Assembly (NCBI RefSeq): GCF_016433145.1
Contig: NC_058130.1
Coordinates: 132,729,214 to 132,793,213, forward strand
DNA from: Gracilinanus agilis
Lineage: Eukaryota
DNA: 64,000 nt
Direction: 5' to 3'
Positions 53,946 to 64,000 of this stretch are shown piece by piece (positions within the stretch are counted from its first letter, which is position 1; each line of letters opens with the position of its first letter). Below the pieces are notes generated by a model. It saw only the letters and a list, made by a program, of their open reading frames with translations, had not been told where the DNA came from and made no database searches. A program made the position numbers and the translations under genes.

Positions 53946-54398
53946 AAGGGTTTTCAGGATTGCTTTTCATCTTTCTTAGTTACTGTGCGGGATGAGACTC
54001 AGTATGTAATTCTCAAAGTAGTATTTGACTTGTAACCCCAATTTTCAAGACCTCTTAGTATTACTATTCCTTGGAGTAAAACAGCCAACCCCCCATAAAA
54101 TTTTTAATTTTCCTGACCTATTTTCAAAGTCCTTGAGAAGTTTATCTGTAGCCTGGGAAACTTTCCATCTCTAGGTTGAAGGAGTAAAGAACTGGGAGTT
54201 TCAAAAGTATCTTTACTGTAATAGGCTGAAAGTCCTGATAGTCACAGGCTTCATGGGGGTCTTTAGGGGTACATAATGTTGAAAATCACGAACTCAAGAT
54301 TTGAAACATCACAACTCCTCCTGCCCCATTGGACAGAGGGAAGAAGGAGTGTGTATGTACAAGGAGAAAGGACATTTTTGACCAAGAAAGCAGCTTTT

Positions 54399-54611
54399 TT
54401 TTTTTTTAATATATTTTTTATTTTATTTTTTTTAACCCTTGTACTTCGGTGTATTGTCTCATAGGTGGAAGATTGGTAAGGGTGGGCAATGGGGGTCAAG
54501 TGACTTGCCCAGGGTCACACAGCTGGGAAGTGGCTGAGGCCGGATTTGAACCTAGGACCTCCTGTCTCTAGGCCTGACTCTCACTCCACTGAGCTACCCA
54601 GCTGCCCCCAT
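54399..54611 (-). mobile_element. Very young SINE1_Mdo-like SINE, inserted in a probable LTR (about 54278-54780)
   Basis: TSD agaaagcagcttt. Confidence 0.9.
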
Positions 54612-56398
54612 AGAAAGCAGCTTTTGTGGGAAGAATCCCTCTCCTCCCCCCAGTTCCCTGCTGTCCAGTTTTCTCCAAATCTGCTTTTTCTCTGCCAGCA
54701 TCTTATCAAGTTTCCTGTCTACTCATTAGAGTGATTTCTCGGGGTACAAACCCGCCCCCCCCCCCCATTCCACTCCACACAGTTACTAAGAAGGGATCAT
54801 TTGTTTGTATAGTTGTTGCCCTGTGTCTCCAGGGAACTGATGTCACTTTACCCATCGTTCAGTCTGCCCACTGGGGGAAGAAAATTACAGTGTAAATAGG
54901 ATGCTAATTATATGTTAAATAGCCTAGGGCAATTTTAGATCAAATTTTGTTTTTACTGCACAGATTCTAAGGAAGGTAGTGAGTGTGGAAATTGAGCATT
55001 GTTTGAATCTAGCTAGTCCTGTGTGACTGTGAAACTGAACTACCTGTACTTGTTGTTCAGAGACCCCATCCAAGGACCCTGGGTTATAGCTAAAGATTGA
55101 GGTGAGGATAATTGTGTATCTAAGCAACTAATATGTCTTATATGAAACGTAGCCCCATACTAATCAGCTAGTTATTGTTTGTGTTCTTTTGGCTTCATAG
55201 GGTTTTTGGGCAATTCTAGCCCACATCAATATGAACACTATATCCCCCATTTTGTAAATGAAGAAACTGGGACTTGGAGAAATGAAGTGACATATCAAGC
55301 TTACAAATTTAATAAGTATCAGAAAGGTTATTTGAATTTAGGTCTTCTGACTCAAAGACCAGTCATTACTCTTTCCATCACACTACAATGCCTGCTACAA
55401 GTCTTGGAGAGGCCCTGAAGGTTTCTGATCAGGAGACTGACATGATCAGAGCTGTGTTTTATAAGAATGTGTTTGCAGGATGAATCAGAGAAAGATGATG
55501 TTGGAGGCAGGTGTTAACCTGGAAAAACAGAACCACTAAAGCAGTTACAAAGAATAAAAGTCTTTAATAAGGACAAGGGAGCCGATGCTCTTATGACTGC
55601 TACAAGGACTAAAGCATCCTTTCCTAGGAAACATGTTGTATATGTTGTATGTTATATATGTTGTATACCCTTGTTAGGTTGTAAGCTCTGTAAAGAACAG
55701 GGACCATCTGTTGTATTTGTTTTTCCAGGACTTGGCACACTGCCCTGAACATACTAGATCTGTGATTTCATTGATGCAGGATGCTGTCCCCAAAGAGGAA
55801 ACTCTCTCCACCAAAGCAAATGGGCTTCCTTTTTGCAAGAGCACTCAAAAAATGCTTTTCTTCATTCATTCATAAATTGTCCGGCAGGGGTCAGAAAGGC
55901 CGTATTTGGGAAGGGGTTCCAGCTTCACATCATTTCATGTAAACTTGGAATTTCCCAGCAGGCCTCCAAACGTATCTTAACCACGCCCCCAAATGCTCCT
56001 ATCCAGGCCCCTACACTACAAGGACACAACAAATCCTAGCAGGCCACTCAAGCTAGGTGGGTTGTGGAGGGCGGAGTGCGGGGGCGGGGTTTTGCTGTTC
56101 CTGGCGATGCATTGTGGGAGATGGACGCTTGCTGACGCCTCGGGCCTTAGACCGAGGTTCCTTCCGGGTGATCCATAGCACAGCAAGTCCGCCACAGACG
56201 TCCTAGAGAGAACCTGTTAGCAGGCTCTCTCGCCTGTCTTTACGTCATTTCCGTTCGACGGAAGTAACCTCCAGGTCCCTGTACCCTTACCGTCTCACAC
56301 GCTGCGCCGGTCTCGGTCCTGGTCTTCACTGTCGCTCCCTTCCCTCCACCGTTTCCTTTATCCCTTCCCTTCTCCGCCTGCCCCCACTTCTCGTCGTG

Positions 56399-60344
<3,946 letters not shown>

Positions 60345-60536
60345 GCTCAACTCTGGCCTTCTTTCTGTCATTGGTACCTCACTGCCTTGAGTTAAGAAAC
60401 TCAAGAACAGAAGTGAAAAATTGCCGTCAGGCTTTTCCTGCCATCTCCAGCAATGCTGTCTCCTGGGACTGAGGGGCCTAAAAAGTGTTGTGTGAATGGT
60501 GGAGCACAACATGTGTAGTAACTTGCTATTGTACAG

Positions 60537-60542
60537 ATTAAA
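60537..60542 (+). terminator. ATTAAA poly(A) signal, TUFM
   Basis: About 190 nt after the stop, followed by a T/GT-rich tract. Confidence 0.65.
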
Positions 60543-61294
60543 AGATTGGCCATTGGCCTTTGTTACCTTGAAATAGATGATTCCTGCTGAGGGTGTTTTC
60601 TTTCTCAGATTTCACACTGACCTCTTGTTGATGTTAAGAGGCATATTATTAACAGACTGTGGTATAGTATCCAGTGTGCTGCACCTGTAATCCCACAAGT
60701 CCTTGCATTTAGTCTCAGCCAGCTCGATTCCTTATTTGTAAAATGGGAATAAGGATACTCCTGCTACCTACCTCAGTGTTACTATGAGAAAAGAGTTTTC
60801 ATAACTTATAGAAATATTGAAACTTAACATCATTAATATGGGAGCCTGGTAGGCAAAAAAGAACCAAGTTCATAATTCTGTAAAAGCCATAGGCATTTTA
60901 GCAGGGGTGAGATCTGTTGTTGCCAAAGCTGCTACAAAATTAGTAATGGAAAAGATATAACACTACTGAAAAGTGTGTTTCTACCACCTCTAAAGGAATA
61001 GTTCTAGTCCCCTAATTAGTCCTATGTATCTCTGAATACAAGAATTACAAACTTGAATTTGTGGTGCCATATTTATTAGTTGAGAATTTTGAAAATTGCT
61101 TAGAAATGTTTTGTGGTATCTAAATGTACCAGTGTCATTGCTAGTAGGGACCTTAATACATATTGAGATTTGTGAAGAGCCATCAATTCCCTCCTGTATA
61201 TAGAGAAACAGACTCATGAAGCAGAAATGGCTGACCTTTATTTGTAGAGAGTTTAAAATTTTACTGGCAGTTTGAGTGTGGAGAACTTCTGGGG

Positions 61295-61504
61295 CCATAT
61301 TGGCAAACCTATGGCACTCATGCTGGAGGGGGCTACCCCCCTCTCCAGGTACACCCGAGGACATTCCTCACTTCCCCCACCCTTCTGCCCAGCAGCCCAA
61401 TGGGAGTGCTTCCTCCTTCCTCCTCTGTCTGGGATAAGGAGGTGGCTCACATGCCATGAGGGTGCTGTTTGGGTACCTTGTCTTGAAAAGATTAGCCATC
61501 ACTA
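61295..61504. mobile_element. Degenerate hAT MITE (CAGTGATGGCGAACCT TIR class)
   Basis: ttggcaaacctatggcac ... gattagccatcact. Confidence 0.5.
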
Positions 61505-61679
61505 TATTATTGAAATTTCTTCCACCCAAGCACATCAATACTTTCTTTAGAATGTATATCTTTATATACCTGGAGGTGCTAAAGGCCCCAGAACCAGCTA
61601 CAAGACTGGCTTTCAGTCAGTCCATTAAATCACACTGATTGGTATGCTTTTAAAGTTTAAAAAACAGTATATATCGATT

Positions 61680-61805
61680 ATTGAATTTGATTCTCACATG
61701 GTTCAATAAATATATCTACTATGTGCCAGACATTGTGCTAAGCCCATGGCATACAAATAAAAAGACTGTTCCTATCCTCAGAGAGCTTACAGTCTAATGG
61801 GGAAG
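61680..61805 (-). mobile_element. L2 LINE 3' end
   Basis: aataaatat...ctactatgtgccagacattgtgctaag...agagcttacagtctaatgggg. Confidence 0.7.
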
Positions 61806-64000
61806 GGGCAATTGAGGGGGTTGAGATGATGTTAAAGTATCAAAAACTGAGTCAATCAGCATGGTGGTGAGATTTCAGGTGATCAGCTTATCCTGAGTGA
61901 GGCATGATGTTCCCTTGGACTCGAAACCAAGCAGAGCTGCTGATAGAAAAAGGAGAGTTACTACAGTGATCCTGAGGTGGGCACTACATATGTTAGACTT
62001 CCTTTTACAGCAAGAGGAAACAGTCCAGTGAAATGTCATGGCAGTGGTCAAGGTGATCAGAAGTAGGTGCGACTCATCTTGGGGTTTCCAAACTCCCAAG
62101 GGCAGAGCTCCTGCCACTTTCCTGGGCTGCCTCTTTGCTTGAAATAAAGGCCTGCAACTCAGAGCTGAGGATTAGTGCCTGAAGTCAGCCATCAAACCTT
62201 GAACTTTCTTCCAGGTTCACAGGTGTGAGATGATAGTGGTCTTTAGATGGTATCAGATTACTAGATATCAAATGACTAAATTTCTCCCATAAATGAATAA
62301 AGTTGAGGAATTTCTAAGAGTGAGCTGGTTCCTGAAACATCCTTAAGGGAAAGGATAATAGGCTTATAAAGAGCTAAAAGGAATCTTGAGGGCTATCTGG
62401 GCCAACTCCATTTTACAGAAGAAACTGATGCCAAGAGAAATTACTTGACCATGGGAGAGACAGTTCAGAAGTGATATTCAAACTGGGTTTTCCTGACTCA
62501 AGTCAGGTCTACTACCTTAGCCACACTACTCCACCACTTTAATCCCAGAAAGTTCTAAAAGGGGAGAGGATAAGCTGTTGTGTTCCCGAGGGTAGGTGAA
62601 AGATATAAAGGACTCAAGCAAAATCCGTAGTCTCACTATTCCAGGCTCCCCTAACTTTGGGATTCTGATAGAACCCGTGTATAGGAGGGCTTATATGGTG
62701 TTGCGGAAGGGTAGTTTTGGGGAACTCCCAGAGGGAGGGAACGTTTTTTTCCCTGGGGCAACTGTTTAATATCACAAAGATTAATAGAACAAGGGATTAA
62801 AGCCCAAGAGCAAAACGAGGTGAATCTAGTACCCCCAATTCCTGTGGCATTCCATTGTCGAGGGCAAAATGGTCCTTCATATCCTTTGGTTATTTTCTTG
62901 GGCAAGGAAGGACTTGTTCTTGAACTTACTAAACAGCTTTAGTTGTCTAATAATGGATTTCTATATTTCAAGTCTTTTATTCATTCATTAAAGATCTGAG
63001 TACTTAATTTTAGTGGAAGTCCCTGTGACAAGTGGCCAGTAGATTACAAACATGGATAAGACAGCTCTTCTAACTTGGGGTGGGATGGGGAACAGCAGAG
63101 AAGTAGGCTAGATATGCACAAATTTACATCTGAGGTATTTGTCTAACCCAGGAATCTTGTTTCCTGGACCCTTCTAAAACAGTCCGGGCAAAGCTTATAG
63201 ACCCCTCAATAATGGTTTTAAAGATGGAAAATGGAAAAAAAAAGGTGCAAGATACATAATTAAAATTTTAAATTCATGAAGATGGGGTTAAAGAACCTCT
63301 GGTCTAAACCTTTTTGCCAGACTTGCTGTCCAGTTTTCTCAGCATTATTTTGGTCAGATGAATCCTTACTCCAGGAGTTCAGATATTTGGGTTTATCAAT
63401 ACACTGTAGGCAACTTTTTCTATATAACCAGCTGTGCATTTCTGACATAAATCCACAGTGTATGATCTTTTTACTATTACATAGCCATGTGCTGATATTT
63501 ATTTGCATCAATATTCAGAAGCAATTGGGATTAAGTGACTTGTCCAGTTAGTGTCTGATAGATTTGAATCTGTCTCTTGACTCCAGGTCAGGCACTATCT
63601 ACTGTGCTATTAGTTGCCCAACTAGAATTCTCTTGTCAAAATCATGGGTTTTTTCCCTTTGGGAGTTTATAGCTGTGTTCAGTGTCTTTTTCTGATTAAG
63701 CACACACATATACTATCCATAATACAAAGCCCAAATACAGATGTGTAAGAGCTGTGAAAGCCAGTGTGACAGAGAACAGAGAGAGGTGGTTAGAAAGTCA
63801 GGAACATTTGGTTGAGCTCAAGTCCTGCTTCAGGCACAGGTTGTGTGACCTTGGGCAAGTCCCTTAATCTCCTACTGCTCAAAGCAACTCTAAAGCTCCA
63901 AGTTGTAGATTAAAGGGCTGACCCAAATTGGGTAAGCTCTAGGGGAAGCTCCCTGTATCTGTCATAAGTCTATTCCTTATTCTTTAGAAGTCAGAGAAGA

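Noticed and set aside
60990-61364. 124-aa minus-strand ORF (possible ATXN2L end or retrocopy)
   Set aside because: No resemblance to ATXN2L or any protein I recognise; it begins inside a MITE

Overview
Eukaryotic (mammalian) genomic DNA, not prokaryotic. The SINE content (SINE1_Mdo-like and MAR1/CORE-type) points to a didelphid marsupial, most likely Monodelphis domestica (inference). The window holds four intron-containing genes in the order and orientation of the human distal 16p11.2 block. RABEP2 (+) has coding exons 879-9940, and its exon 1 lies upstream of the window. ATP2A1/SERCA1 (-) spans 27865-10799 with 23 exons, including the exon-22 adult/neonatal switch. SH2B1 (-) spans 38525-33135, with alpha and beta ends recoverable. 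TUFM (+) spans 56399-60344. I rebuilt the exons by hand from GT/AG sites and phase continuity; the long ORFs in the supplied track are mostly exon read-throughs or shadows. The 41.4-55.5 kb interval is a nested stack of LINE-1, LTR/ERV and SINE insertions. I found no new gene or wholly new system. The most interesting signals are exon-architecture differences from the human orthologs as I recall them: an obligatory extra 41-nt TUFM exon in the mitochondrial presequence; a shifted SH2B1 acceptor with a decaying ex-coding segment; a broken SH2B1 gamma/delta extension; a candidate extra 69-nt RABEP2 exon; a crossed bidirectional poly(A) element shared by RABEP2 and ATP2A1; and a recursive-splice-like junction in ATP2A1. 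All human comparisons are from memory and need alignment.
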